A DNA stretch of 63,771 nt from Octopus bimaculoides (Eukaryota), in assembly GCF_001194135.2 (NCBI RefSeq), contig NC_068988.1:31501963-31565733 (forward strand). Direction: 5' to 3'. Position 1 is the stretch's first letter, and each line of letters starts with the position of its first letter. Positions 1-13,500 of the stretch are shown in pieces. Position numbers and translations under genes: made by a program. Below the pieces are notes generated by a model. It did no database searches and was not told the origin of the DNA. It worked only from the letters and a program-made list of their open reading frames with translations.

Positions 1-1861
1 ATGCAAATAATTAGAAAATGGAGATAACTACAAATTAACCAACACATCGATTGGACCACATTTATAGCTTATGTTTTAATACAACGCATGACATTACAAA
101 ATAGGTGACATAACATATCTTACAGCCGTTACTGATCGGATTGCCAAAATGCAGTCTATACATAAATGCGAGAATAAAATTCTTCTACTTCAGAGGCCCT
201 TCAAATTAAGGCAACGAATCTTCATCAGAGTGAAAATCAGGAGTATACAATATAAACAAAAAGAAAAAAACATATTTTCGTTTTTAAAAAATCAATATGA
301 GGTTTCAAACCTCTTACAAAAGGAGGCACTAAAATCGCTTACTTAACATTAAAAAAAAACACAATGAAGGTTTAAAACCACTACAAATAATGCAATAAGA
401 TGCGGTTTCAAACCCTCTTAACGAGGCTTTTCACCTCCTATTCATCGATATATCCATCAATATATCTATCATTATCTTCAGTACAGCTTGAAGTCCTGTA
501 CCCTGCCATCTCCCCTGCCTCATTCACGTACGAGGCATATGTCATGTTAGGGTCAACCGGCCATGTGCGACAATCCTCTTTAAGTATTCTAAGTTTTTCC
601 TACACGGACATCCTTATGAACTCCACAGCTATCTGCGGAGGCCATTCGGGATCCCGTGTGCAGGCCATATCTACAGTCTCTTTATGTTCTTCTACGGTAA
701 TTAATTACATATGTTTACAATTTTATAACTTCACAACCTGATACAGTTATAATACCACATATTGTTGATTGTGTTTCCTAAGCCCTACCTTTATCATATC
801 ATGAATAAATTCTGTTTCTGTCTATAATTGATAATAACCTCAACCTTAAGTGTCTAAATGTATCTTTACACTCCAACATTGAAATTCAATGCACAGTTAC
901 CCCACTTCGTTTGTAGTCTATAAGTCTGGAAATATTTTAACTCCGGTATTTTCACCTTTGTTCTTCTAATTCGGACATTTACTCGTAAGCTTAAAATTAT
1001 AACTCAGATCTACCCATAACGAAATAACACTTCCTAAATCCTATTTTAGCGCATAATTTATCTCTGCATTTCAATGTCATAATATACAAACCGGCTACCT
1101 TACTCCGTTAGAGTCCGGTAACGTTTGTTTATCGTTTGTTTACGTTTCCACTAATTGCTTCGTCCATTACTTTTCTCATTCAGACAATTAATTGTTAATT
1201 TGATATATATCTCAGATATATTTATATATATATATAAAAAAAACTATATCCATATCCGTAAGTGCTTTTCATCGCCCATTCATTAATAAGACACCTTAGA
1301 CTATTCATTCCTGAAATACTTTTATTTTTGTTTTTACTTGTCTTGTAATTTATTGATAGTTTTAACCGACCTGAACAACGCCATTGTTTTCAAATATTAG
1401 CTGACCAATTAAGTTGTAGGATTAACTTTGACCTCACCCTACTTCTCATAGGGGTATTAGGATTAGATTTCTGTTAATAAGTAACAATAACATCGCACTA
1501 AGGTTTTACTTAATTTTTCTTTCATTGATATACTTATGTATTGAAATTCCTCCAAACAGGTTCAATTTAAGTTAATTCTTCCAATTCCTTTTATAATGCT
1601 CTATTAAATAGCAGTTAGCTTCCAACTTCTGACCCCTGTGACATGGACCATACCATTAAACTCATTACACAGCCTCTTATCCTCGCTATTTCCCCCAGTA
1701 TAATTAAAAGACGATGTAACTTTCACAGCCTGCGGAAATTTCTCCTGGAAGTGACTTTATTTACCATAACATGTAATACCATGAATTATGATAGCACCTT
1801 CAAATGTCATTCTTACCATTCCTTACTATTTCTATTATATCATTTTTATTTTGCAGCATGG

Positions 1862-2740
1862 AAGGTGTTTATTTGTTTTTCTAAAATGCACCATAAATGT
1901 TCAGTAATATTGAGATCTGGGGACTCTGGTGGCCATATAAGATGTTCACCTTCACTAGAGTGTTCCTCGTGTCATTCAGTAACAATTTTAGCTGTGTGAA
2001 ATGGTAAATTATCATCCTGAAATATTGCGTTTCTTTCCGGAAACAGTTCTGCAACCATAGGATGAATTTGATCACATAAAATGCTTAAATAGTCTTCACT
2101 ATTAATTCTGCGGTGAAGGGAGGCCATTGGGCCGGCAAATTTCCAAGATATAGCCCCCGCCCAGATCATCACAGATCCCCCTCCATGTTTAACAGCTGGA
2201 AGAAGGCAGTCTGAGTCAAATGCTTCTTTTGGCTGTCTCCACACTTATACTTGCCCGGTGGTCGGAGATAAGGTAAAGGATGACTCATCCGAGAAAATAA
2301 CAATTTTCACTGCTCTAAGGACCAATTCTGTAGGTTTTTACTCCACTCTAAACGCTTTGCAACGTTTGTTTTTGAAAGTAGTGGTTTTCTGATTGCAGCT
2401 CACCCGTGCAATCTGGCTTTAGGCAGCTCCCGGTGAACAGTTTTTGAGGAAACTGGGTTTCGAGGTGGTCACTAAGCTCTGCAGTAATTCTGGGAGCTGT
2501 ATTTTTGTGATCCTTTCTAACAATTCGCGTAAGAGTCCGACGGTCCTTATCTGAAAATTTTGCTTTTCTTCCGGAGTTTTGTTTCTACGAGGAGGTTTTT
2601 CCCTCTTTCTTAAAGGCTGTCATTACTTTCGAGACAGTACTTCTTGATGCACCAAATATTTCGGCTGATTTTGTTACGCTAGCGCCTGATATACGAGTAC
2701 CAACAATTTTACCTCTTTGAAAGTCTGACAGATATGTCAT
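1862..2740 (-). pseudogene. Tc1 transposase pseudogene with DD36E catalytic spacing
   Basis: ATG at 2740 gives MTYLSDFQRGKIVGTRISGASVTKSAEIFGASRSTVSKV (HTH). Downstream motifs: FSDES, VKHGGGSVMIW, FQDDN and WPPESPDLNITEHLW. Several stops and frameshifts. Confidence 0.9.
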
Positions 2741-2926
2741 TTTAATGAATTTTAATTCCCTTTCTCTGATATCTGAAAAGAAACAACAATTTTAGCAAAA
2801 CATGTTAAGGAACACCAATAATAAATCAAAAACCATAAAAATTAACAAGCTTTTGACGGTTTTATAGATATTTCACAATTATGATGCTATGATGTCAGGT
2901 GCTTCCATTATTTTGTCCAACCACTG
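1862..2926 (-). mobile_element. Tc1-type DNA transposon, 3'-truncated and decayed
   Basis: The left end on the minus strand reads CAGTGGTTGGACAAAATAATGGAAGC (Tc1-like TIR) and is followed by a transposase pseudogene. No matching right TIR is seen; similarity stops near 1862. Confidence 0.92.
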
Positions 2927-2948
2927 TGTGTGTATATATATATATATG

Positions 2949-2994
<46 letters not shown>

Positions 2995-3199
2995 ATTATA
3001 TATTTTTACTTGTTTCAGTCATTTGAGTGCGGCCATGGTGGAGCACCGCCTTTAGTAGAACAAATTGTCCCCAGGACTTATTCTCTGTAAGCCTAGTACT
3101 TATTCTATCGTTCGCTCAAGCAATGTTGGGGGAACAAACACAGACACCAAACACACACACACACACACACACATACACACACACACACACACACATGTA

Positions 3200-3232
<33 letters not shown>

Positions 3233-3306
3233 CGACACCACTACTTATTGTATTTAAGCCTAGTAGTTATTCTATCGTCCTCTTTTGTCGAACCGCTATC
3301 CATGTA

Positions 3307-3350
<44 letters not shown>
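2925..3350. repeat. Compound microsatellite cluster (TA, CA, TACA, CT)
   Basis: Directly visible simple repeats interleaved with SINE-C fragments. Confidence 0.9.
3005..3300 (-). mobile_element. SINE family C, rearranged 3' fragments
   Basis: Reverse complement matches the 3' half of the copies at 36062-36325 and 48836-49325 (CGATAGAATAAGTACTAGGCTTAC...GGCGGTGCTCCA...TGACTGAAACAAGTAA). Confidence 0.85.
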
Positions 3351-3356
<6 letters not shown>

Positions 3357-4091
3357 CAGTCATATGTAAACCTTATGCACTCACACTTACACACACGCAT
3401 AGGCAGATATAAATGTATTCACACATTCATTATTTACGTGTTTGTGATAGCCAGGACGCTCCTTCTGTGTCCAACAGTTAAGTCAATTGAACAAACTTTC
3501 CTTTGGCAAACGAGCAGAACATATCATAGACATGTTTATTCTTAACATAATTGTCAAGTAGAATCAACGTGACACAAGGTAATACATTCAGGCCATCAAA
3601 GTTGAAGTACATTTCATATGAAAGGCGTCTACATAGTTTCCTTCTACTTAACTTTCCGATAGTTGGCTCGGGTCATTCCCAGGTTATGATAAAAATTCTT
3701 GGCCAAAGTGCTAATCTGTGGCATCGAAATTGTGAAACAAACTTTTGAAACACTCAGGCATCTTACTTATCCGTTATTCTTAAGAGAATACAAGGAGGTA
3801 GCTTATATCGTTTCGCACAGGCATGAACACCTTCTCAGATGGAGAGAGGATGAATTGCACCAGTAGTTGGCTAGTGCTCACATTCAGCTCCATTCACTAG
3901 AGAGAGGTCAAATGAATTTCCTTGGTCAATGAAACAAAGAACTGTCGACTTGTGGAACCGAGCCCACGACCTTACCTCCGGGAAGCCAACAACTTACTCT
4001 TTAGGTCACGTGGTGTCATTCGGCTATACACAACGAACTTGTGCCTGCGCAGTGTGTAGGTGTATACGTATGTTTGTGAGTGTGTGTGTGT

Positions 4092-4128
<37 letters not shown>

Positions 4129-5504
4129 NNNNNNNNNNNNNNNNNNNNNNNNNNNNNNNNNNNNNNNNNNNNNNNNNNNNNNNNNNNNNNNNNNNNNNNN
4201 NNNNNNNNNNNNNNNNNNNNNNNNNNNNNNNNNNNNNNNNNNNNNNNNNNNNNNNNNNNNNNNNNNNNNNNNNNNNNNNNNNNNNNNNNNNNNNNNNNNN
4301 NNNNNNNNNNNNNNNNNNNNNNNNNNNNNNNNNNNNNNNNNNNNNNNNNNNNNNNNNNNNNNNNNNNNNNNNNNNNNNNNNNNNNNNNNNNNNNNNNNNN
4401 NNNNNNNNNNNNNNNNNNNNNNNNNNNNNNNNNNNNNNNNNNNNNNNNNNNNNNNNNNNNNNNNNNNNNNNNNNNNNNNNNNNNNNNNNNNNNNNNNNNN
4501 NNNNNNNNNNNNNNNNNNNNNNNNNNNNNNNNNNNNNNNNNNNNNNNNNNNNNNNNNNNNTATATATATATATATATATATATGATATATATGTGTGTGT
4601 TTGTATGTATCCGTGTATATATGTATATATATATGTATATATATGTATCAATATATATGTGTACATAAAAACATATGTGCATACGCGCTCTCACACAGTC
4701 ATACACCTGCACCTATCAGATCGGTTTATTTGAAAAAAATGATAATAATAAAAGTAACTAAATGAATAAAATAACCAAGTCCAAGATTCAAATTAATTGC
4801 CTCAAGACTTAATAAAATGAAATTAAGTTAATTAAGTATATACAATCACAACATTAATTACAAACACTAAAGTGGACAATAGAATAAAATCGACACTTTT
4901 GTGGTTTCTTACAATGTCGACTTTTTGGAAGCTGACCAAAAATCTGTTGCAGTCACGGAAAAACCTATTTTCAAGACGAAGTTCGGCTAATACCGTAGGC
5001 AGCGAGTAATATAAAGACACAGCCGCCATGTCTGTCTCTTCACTCTATGTCTGCCTCTGTATTCTAACTAAATGTAAATGTTATTTGAGCTGGTTTTGTA
5101 TATGACGGGAAATAATAAAAGATAGAATGAAGTGGGGGGTGTTATTTGAAAGAAATATTGAAGAATTTTTAATAAGATAGAATGAAAAGGGATTTAAATA
5201 AGAATGAAAGTGAGAGATAGATAGACAGATAGATATATATATAGAGAGAGGCGGGGAGATGAAAGAGAAAGCATGAAGAAGAAGAAGAAGATGATGAAGG
5301 GGAGTGAACGAAGACGAGAATGAAGACGAGGGAAGAAATAAAGAAGAAAACGAAGAAAAAGACAGATGATGAAGTAGAAGGAAGAAGCAGAAAACGAAGA
5401 AGTTTGAAGAGAAGCAGAAGAAGAGGGTAAGTGCAGTGATGATGAAAAACACGACCAGAAACATTAAGGGTAATTTTGGTTTTAAATTTTGGCGTGAGAC
5501 CAGC

Positions 5505-5690
5505 AATCTTAAAACATGGGTTAGTCGATTACATTGACCCCTGTGTTCAACTGATATTTACATTATCGACCTTGACCGAATTGAACGGCAACTCTACTTC
5601 GACGGAATTTGATCTCAGAACGTAAAGAAGGACAAAACGCGCTGAGCATATTGCGCAAAATGATAACGATTCTGCCAGATCGTTGTCTAT
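5505..5690 (-). mobile_element. SINE family A, diverged copy
   Basis: Minus strand shows a head like GGCAGAATCGTTA...AATATGCTCAGC, then GTTCTGAGATCAAATTCC and the body shared with 15656-15895. Confidence 0.75.
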
Positions 5691-5724
5691 AGAGTAATAA
5701 CAATATTCCTTTCTTCTATACGCA

Positions 5725-5900
5725 CAAAGCCTGCGATTTTAAAGGAAGGACTAGTCGGTTACATCGACACCTGTGCTCAATTGATACTTGTTTTATCTAC
5801 CCTGAAGGTGAAAGGCAAAGTTAACTCCTGCAACATTTAGCGGAAGAAATGCGGTGAAGCATTTAGCTGACGCGTTCACAATTCTGCCAGTTCGCCGTTT
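5725..5900 (-). mobile_element. SINE family A, diverged copy
   Basis: Minus strand head AACGGCGAACTGGCAGAAT...AAATGCTT and body ACTTTGCCTTTCACCTTCAGGGTAGATAAAA. Confidence 0.75.
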
Positions 5901-5924
5901 TAACAATAAGAACGACATTAATTT

Positions 5925-6070
5925 CAAATTCTGGCAAGAGGCCAGCAAGTTCGGATGAGGGATTAGTCGATTACCTCTACCCCAGTATTAAACTGGTGCT
6001 TATTTTATTGACTCTGAACGGAGTCGATCGTGGTGGAATTTGAACTCGTAAAATAAAAACGGAAGAAATG
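5925..6070 (-). mobile_element. SINE family A, 5'-truncated copy
   Basis: Minus strand GAGTTCAAATTCCACC...AATAAGCACCAGTT...GGGGTAGAGGTAATCGACT. Confidence 0.7.
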
Positions 6071-6281
6071 TAGAAAACAATAAGAACAATATTAAAACCA
6101 GAAATGCAATAGCTGCTACAACTATAACAACTTCAGTAGGGTCAGAAAAGTATAGATGTATGTAAATATATATGTACACACACGCGCGCGCGCACGCATA
6201 CACACACGCATGTGTGTGTAAGTGTGTGTAAGTGTGTGTGAAGAGTGTGTGAGTATATATACATATATATATATATATATA

Positions 6282-6317
<36 letters not shown>

Positions 6318-7814
6318 CAAACACACACACACACACACACACACNNNNNNNNNNNNNNNNNNNNNNNNNNNNNNNNNNNNNNNNNNNNNNNNNNNNNNNN
6401 NNNNNNNNNNNNNNNNNNNNNNNNNNNNNNNNNNNNNNNNNNNNNNNNNNNNNNNNNNNNNNNNNNNNNNNNNNNNNNNNNNNNNNNNNNNNNNNNNNNN
6501 NNNNNNNNNNNNNNNNNNNNNNNNNNNNNNNNNNNNNNNNNNNNNNNNNNNNNNNNNNNNNNNNNNNNNNNNNNNNNNNNNNNNNNNNNNNNNNNNNNNN
6601 NNNNNNNNNNNNNNNNNNNNNNNNNNNNNNNNNNNNNNNNNNNNNNNNNNNNNNNNNNNNNNNNNNNNNNNNNNNNNNNNNNNNNNNNNNNNNNNNNNNN
6701 NNNNNNNNNNNNNNNNNNNNNNNNNNNNNNNNNNNNNNNNNNNNNNNNNNNNNNNNNNNNNNNNNNNNNNNNNNNNNNNNNNNNNNNNNNNNNNTATATA
6801 TATATATATATATATACGTACATAAATTTTATACGCGCGCACGCGCACACACATACAGACTCACACACACATACACACATACTCACTCGCCCACATGTGT
6901 ATGTAGGAGGAGTATATATATATATATATATGTAAGAGGAGTGCATAGAATTCGAAAACGCTTCAGTTCAGTAACAAATTATGACCTTGACATATCAAGC
7001 AATCTAATCTACATTTTAGCCAGTCGTCCTGGCGCATTTGTGGTACGGTTAATGGAAAATTCCATACATTTCCATGTCAAATGATGGTTATAATTTGACA
7101 TGCGCAGGAAATGTGAACAAGACACAGGGCAGCTATTACTGGCAGAGGACTACACAGGTTAATTTGGTCAAGATTTAAGTTTATACTATTCTAATCTCGT
7201 GTTAAAAGACCAAGTACGAAGACTTACGTTTATCATTTTCGCCAAACATATTTTCTCACACATTGGCTACTGACATTCAGTACAACAACCTTTAGCAAGT
7301 AACCTTTGTAACGTTAATATGGCTACAAATCCAGATGAGGTGCTTTCTGGATAAGTTAGAGCAAACCGAGAATCCCTTCATGCTCAGGTCCTTCAAATTT
7401 TGATGAATCAGATCTGGTTGAGAATGTGAATGGGATGAGCGATAAATGATTTCGTGTGACCCCACGAAGGGATTTTTGGTAATACATACCAGGGATTCTC
7501 CGTCTTTCATGTTACTGGGGACCATAAACGCCAAGAGCCATATCATCGGAACTCATTTCTTACGACGTATTGTCATATGTCCATACGATGACCAACATCG
7601 GTGTTGGAGCACTTAATAGTGCGAATAACCTAAGAAAAACCTTACATACTCCAGCAAGAGATTGTTCTCTCTTATATGGCCGTCGAGATACAGGAATTGC
7701 TATCGGGTAATCTTTATGAGCATAAGATCCACAACGAAAATGTGGATACCTAGCTCTCTTGATCTGAACCCTTAGTTCTGATACGCCTAAGGATGTTATC
7801 GAGAGGGAGAATGA

Positions 7815-7816
<2 letters not shown>

Positions 7817-7908
<92 letters not shown>
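7817..7908. repeat. (GT)n(GA)n compound microsatellite
   Basis: Directly visible. Confidence 0.95.
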
Positions 7909-7910
<2 letters not shown>

Positions 7911-10900
7911 AAGCAAGATAGAGATCAACCGCCTCCTTCCGCCCCGCCTCTACATTATCAAGGACTAGTTGGTTACTGTCGCAGATGTGGAACATAATTA
8001 GCAAGAACCACTTAAAACTATAACTAGCATGTTTTTGTATAATTTGAGACCGTCGTTACGGATGATATCGGTTTCAGTGAATTAACGTTTCATCACTATT
8101 TTCTGTTGAACATGTGTATAGTTTATCTGAAAATAGCTGTTTTTCCTCTAAATTATTTTTCTTAAACGCCTATACACAGACAGACATACGCCCACACACA
8201 TGTACACTGACGTATAAACATGTATATAATATATTCGTAGGTGTACATGTTTTCGTAGGTGTACATGTGTATGTGTTTGTATTGAACACATATATACACA
8301 CATACACTCACACACACACATACGCACACACACATATGTATGTATGTATGCATGCATGTATGTATGTATGTATGTATGTATGTATGTATGTATGTATGTA
8401 TATATATATTTTGCTGTATCAAAACTATATTAAAGAAAGCAATTACAAATTGCTATAGAATACAAAGAAGCCCTAAAAAAAATGAAAACAACCTCTTAAA
8501 TGAAGTGAAGTCAAAAAAAAAAAACCAAGACTGATGAAACACACTTAGATAATTAGATAGATAAAAGAGCGACTGAAAATATAAGAACGTGCTTCCAAAT
8601 GAATATGAAACATCGTCATTGCTGACTCTAATAACTATATAAGTCACAACAATATTCTACTTAACAGAATTACGACTCATCAGTTGTATACTATCAGCAA
8701 TTATATATCTATAAATGCGAGCCAATGCAGATTGACGTACTTCGTCCATCGACCATCGACCATCTAGAGGTAGCAATTATATCTCCATTACATATTGCTT
8801 TCTTATGAAATGTTAAACGTTTATATAGTAGTTGTTCAAAGTACAGAGTACACAAAAATTGGATGGAGCTATCAAGGCTGCAACGGTGTTTAGACGTAAG
8901 TCATCCCGATCAGGATTGATGGAGTGGACATCAAATTAAAAGGAACAACCATAACAAGACGGAATCTGAACAGTTATTTGCGTTGTCTTTCCAACTGCAT
9001 GACGTAACAACTAAATTCCTTTAGATTACAATCTAACATCTTTAAACGAGAAATATGCATAGAGTAATACAATCTAAGGTATACTAAAGTATTGACGTTG
9101 TGGTGATGGCTTCAATACCTTTTATCGTGGCTTTGCTTCATCAAAGACGATCTGGGGTTTAAATAATCTCAACAACAAACAACAGCAATTACGGTAAACT
9201 CCAAGAGGGATAAAGAACAACAAGAGTAGATTGAAACCAATATGTGCCACTGACGTTCAACTCATCAAAATTGGATGCAATGACAGAAACAAAAGCAAGA
9301 AAGAAATGTTCATCATACTATTTTTATAGTTACACTGGAGATGATTTTATACTGTGTCAAGTCAGGAAACCAAATATGATTGTTTACCACAGTTGCAATC
9401 AATACTTTAAAATATCCAGCCATTTTTACATTGGACATCGGGTCGGAATGTTTACAATATGATGGACTTCAAGGCTAGATGATGTTGTTGAAGAGGGAAC
9501 CAGATAAAGTCTGCCTTTTAAAGCCATAAGTTAACTGAGGGTGATAGAAATACATCGATGATTGGTGGTATTTTCTTATATCCCTGCTATGTTTTACCTT
9601 CAAATCCTGGCGAAAACAACAGTACTTTGGATCATTGCTGTCTTTATAAAACACGTACTTTTTAAATACTTTTACTGGTTTAACCGACTATACCTAATGT
9701 ACTAAAACTTTCGCTGTCCTGCCTATAATAAAAAAAAATCATTTATTAATTTCAGGAGGAAAAGACTACCAAGCATTATCATTTGAAGCATTTCAGTATG
9801 TCCCTTTTATGTTTTAATTTCAGTCCCCACCGAAGTCGACAACGTCCTTTGTCCTTTCATATTTATGAAATAAGTACTATTCATGTATTCAGCCGATTTA
9901 TTCGACGGTCCGTTGACGTTCGGATATACTAATTATCTTAGAAATCAGTAGCTATTGGAAGAGAACGACTAAAAAATGAAGCGGCTATATATTTTGAAGG
10001 ATCTTTCAGATCGAGGCGGTTAATTTTCCCCTTTAACTGAATTACTTGATGTACTGAATGAAATGAAGTCGGAGTGAATTCTGGGATGTTGCAACTATGA
10101 AGAGGAAATTAGAAAGACAATATATTTAGTATGAGGTAAATCTGCGAGACACTAGTGATGAAGAAAGTATGAAATGTAACGTCATCAAGTTGGCCAGGGT
10201 GAACTTGCTCAAACTTTGAAAATTAAGAACAACGAAATCATTTGAATCAGTGACAGAAAATACAGAGGGAAGGGTATATACGGAAGAGTACAGAACAAAA
10301 TATCTGACCCCGATAAATGAGGACGTGAATAAAAAACACGTTACAGAAGTCAAAATACTGCAAAGACCGTCATTCATCCCAAAACGCGATGTGATCTGTT
10401 ATTTGCTATCCCTGGTTACTATGACATCATTTATAACTTTGAGAACTCGGACGGTAGGGTCCAGACGTGACATACAAAACGAAATGTTCTCGTGCGAGTT
10501 GGACATACTTAGACTGAAGTTACAATAACCCACTGATGCATCATAAATTTCATAAATTTCTGTTTTGCTCGGCCTGTTCGATTATAGTTTATTCATATTC
10601 TATGGCGCCTATGCTGGAGAAGCTGTTCCAGTTAAATATCTCAGATGTCTTTGCGTTGATGTTCAAGGTTTTGAGAGAGCTTTGATTGTGATCTGGGGGA
10701 ATTTATGCAATCCACCCACTGAAGTTTCTTTTCGACACGCACGCTATAGGAAAAGAAAATGGAAATGCGGTCGTCATACATTCAGGCAATATGATGAGAT
10801 GTCCAGCACTTCGTATTGCATTGATAAGTGTAGATGGGATAAATAGGGTGCAGTTGATACGTAGTGTTTGAGCGGAACAGAAAATACATTAATGTATTGC

Positions 10901-12065
10901 TGCAGAGGAAGTTGCAGAGAGAAGAGACAACACAACGACGATCAAACGTTTGCAGTGTAACATTTGCTATTCAGCTAAACGCTTTCTCTTCGATATCATC
11001 CGTAATGTCTGTGAATGGAATATTGAACCAGGGGTACAATGTTTCGGTATAACAGAGTAACAAATATACTCAAAAACCAAGCCTACAAAAGTGCCGTAAT
11101 TGTAATCAATAAGGAATAAACAAATTAACGTTCCTCTTAATCATCGTAATGTTATGCGAGAGCTACAAGGGTAGTTGGCAGTTTGAAATGCCACACTTTT
11201 TAGGAATGTAATAGTGTAGCGTATTTATATAGTAATCTAGATGTTTATAGACAGGAAAATATTGAAGAGTGTAGGTTAATACAACAGCTAAGTATGAAAG
11301 GTGTTAAATCAGTGTAATAGAAAGAACACGTCTGCATGAAACAGGTAGACAGGAGACAAGAGTTAAGGATGAATTTCGTTACATGTGAGCGAGTAGTTGT
11401 GACTTGGAAGCAAACGGCAATAAACACTTTGGTTTTATTGGCTAGATCACTACAATCGGAACCAACATGTTTAACTAATGGTGAGGAAGAGTGTTTTATC
11501 AAAATGTGGAGGTATCATTTTGGCAATGAACTGGCAGGCGTGTTCTGGCGGGCTATGAGATGCATAAAGGCAGATTTTGATTCTTTGCTGATATTTTAAA
11601 TGTTAATTACTTTTTAACTGTCGTTTCGCGATTGCTGGCCGTCTTCTATTGCTATAATCGTTGCTGGTGTTGTTTAATTTTTATTGATGCTATTGTCATT
11701 ATTCTACTTATTATTGCAATTGCCGTTGCTGCTGCTGCTGCTGTTCCTTCTAGTACACTGATGCTTCTATTAATGTTCTTATTGTTGCTATTAATGCGGT
11801 TGATGTTGTTCTTGTTGTTGCGTTAGTGTTATTCTACTCATTCACAGAAGTAATGATCATCAGATCATTTTAAGACCGTCTTCTACGTGTAATCAATTTT
11901 ACTGTACTTTATCGATTGCTTGTCTTCTTATTGAAATGAAATAAGTAGAAAGAAGGGAAAAAATAAAAGAATAAACATGTTTTCATGTCAGGGAGACATT
12001 TATTTAAAGAGATTGCCAAAATTAAAAAGTTTAAGTTTCTGTAGAGATGTACGTATATGTGAATG

Positions 12066-12140
<75 letters not shown>

Positions 12141-13460
12141 TGTGTGTGTGCATGTATATATATATATATACAGATATATGTGTCAATTGACAGATGAATA
12201 CGCGTCTATATATGTATATATATATATATGTGTGTGTGCATGTGTGTGTGTGTGTGTGTGCGTATACATGTATATATATGTGTATATGTTTATGTATATA
12301 TATGTATATAGATGTGGAGATATAACATATGACTAAATTCCTCAGAGTATTGAGTTTTTAATTCAGTTGTTCTTTTTTGTTTTATATAAAACAAAATCAT
12401 TTCTCCCTCCTCTCCGCCAGTCTGCCCCTCTGTCTGTCTGTCTCTCTTTCTTTCTCTCTCCTTCTCTCTCAATTTATGTGTTTCTGTACATATATATATA
12501 TAAGGCACAAATGCGTTCACACACACATACACACACACATATATATATATACATGCGTACATGTATATAAACACCTTCGTGTTTGTTCATATACACATGC
12601 GCACACGCATACACACACTGAAATATATATATACACACACATATGTATATATATATATATATATATAGGTTAAAAAAAACAATAACAAAAAGACATGTAT
12701 ATATATGTATGTATATATGTNNNNNNNNNNNNNNNNNNNNNNNNNNNNNNNNNNNNNNNNNNNNNNNNNNNNNNNNNNNNNNNNNNNNNNNNNNNNNNNN
12801 NNNNNNNNNNNNNNNNNNNNNNNNNNNNNNNNNNNNNNNNNNNNNNNNNNNNNNNNNNNNNNNNNNNNNNNNNNNNNNNNNNNNNNNNNNNNNNNNNNNN
12901 NNNNNNNNNNNNNNNNNNNNNNNNNNNNNTATATATATATATATATCAAAGAATCAATATTGTGTTTGTAAAACTTCATCTTATATTTAGATGTTTGTTT
13001 TCCCTCGTCTATTCCATGTATTTGTGTATATTTATTGTTTATTTTATATTTAATCTATGTTTTTTGTAGTTTTTAAACATTTTTCTTACTTATTTGTTTT
13101 CTTGTTGCCTTTACATCTAATATTTTGTTTTCCGAATCTTTTTCTTTTTATATATTATATTTCTCGTTTGTTTTCTTTAGTTCATTTTTCTTTCTTTCAT
13201 TTTTGTGTTTGTTAGTTTTGCTTGTTATTTTTGTTAGCTTTTGTTTGTTTATGTTTTAGCGATTTAACAGCGTTTAAGATCATTGCAGAAAACCATTTAC
13301 GTCCTTAACTCTTCAGAATAAAGTAATTTAATTACTTACCATCGCAGAATCGATCTTTTCCCAATAGTATATATTCTCTCGTAATATAGTTTTGTTTATA
13401 TATTTTAAAATCATTTGTTTTTATTTGTCTTCCCCATCAAAGTACTTATTTCAAGCAATT

Positions 13461-13500
<40 letters not shown>

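Noticed and set aside
440-720. Minus-strand frame TVEEHKETVDMACTRDPEWPPQIAVEFIRMSV*EKLR..., possibly a gag/ORF1 remnant; short duplicated GGTTTCAAACC motif at 301 and 405
   Set aside because: It has an internal stop and no diagnostic motif, so I cannot assign it.
7290-7800. GC-richer minus-strand segment, possibly a decayed LTR integrase
   Set aside because: Too many stops, and no DDE or zinc-finger motif could be read convincingly.
10250-10528. 92-aa ORF, possibly a LINE ORF1 remnant
   Set aside because: No recognisable RRM or zinc knuckle, and no adjacent ORF2 evidence.
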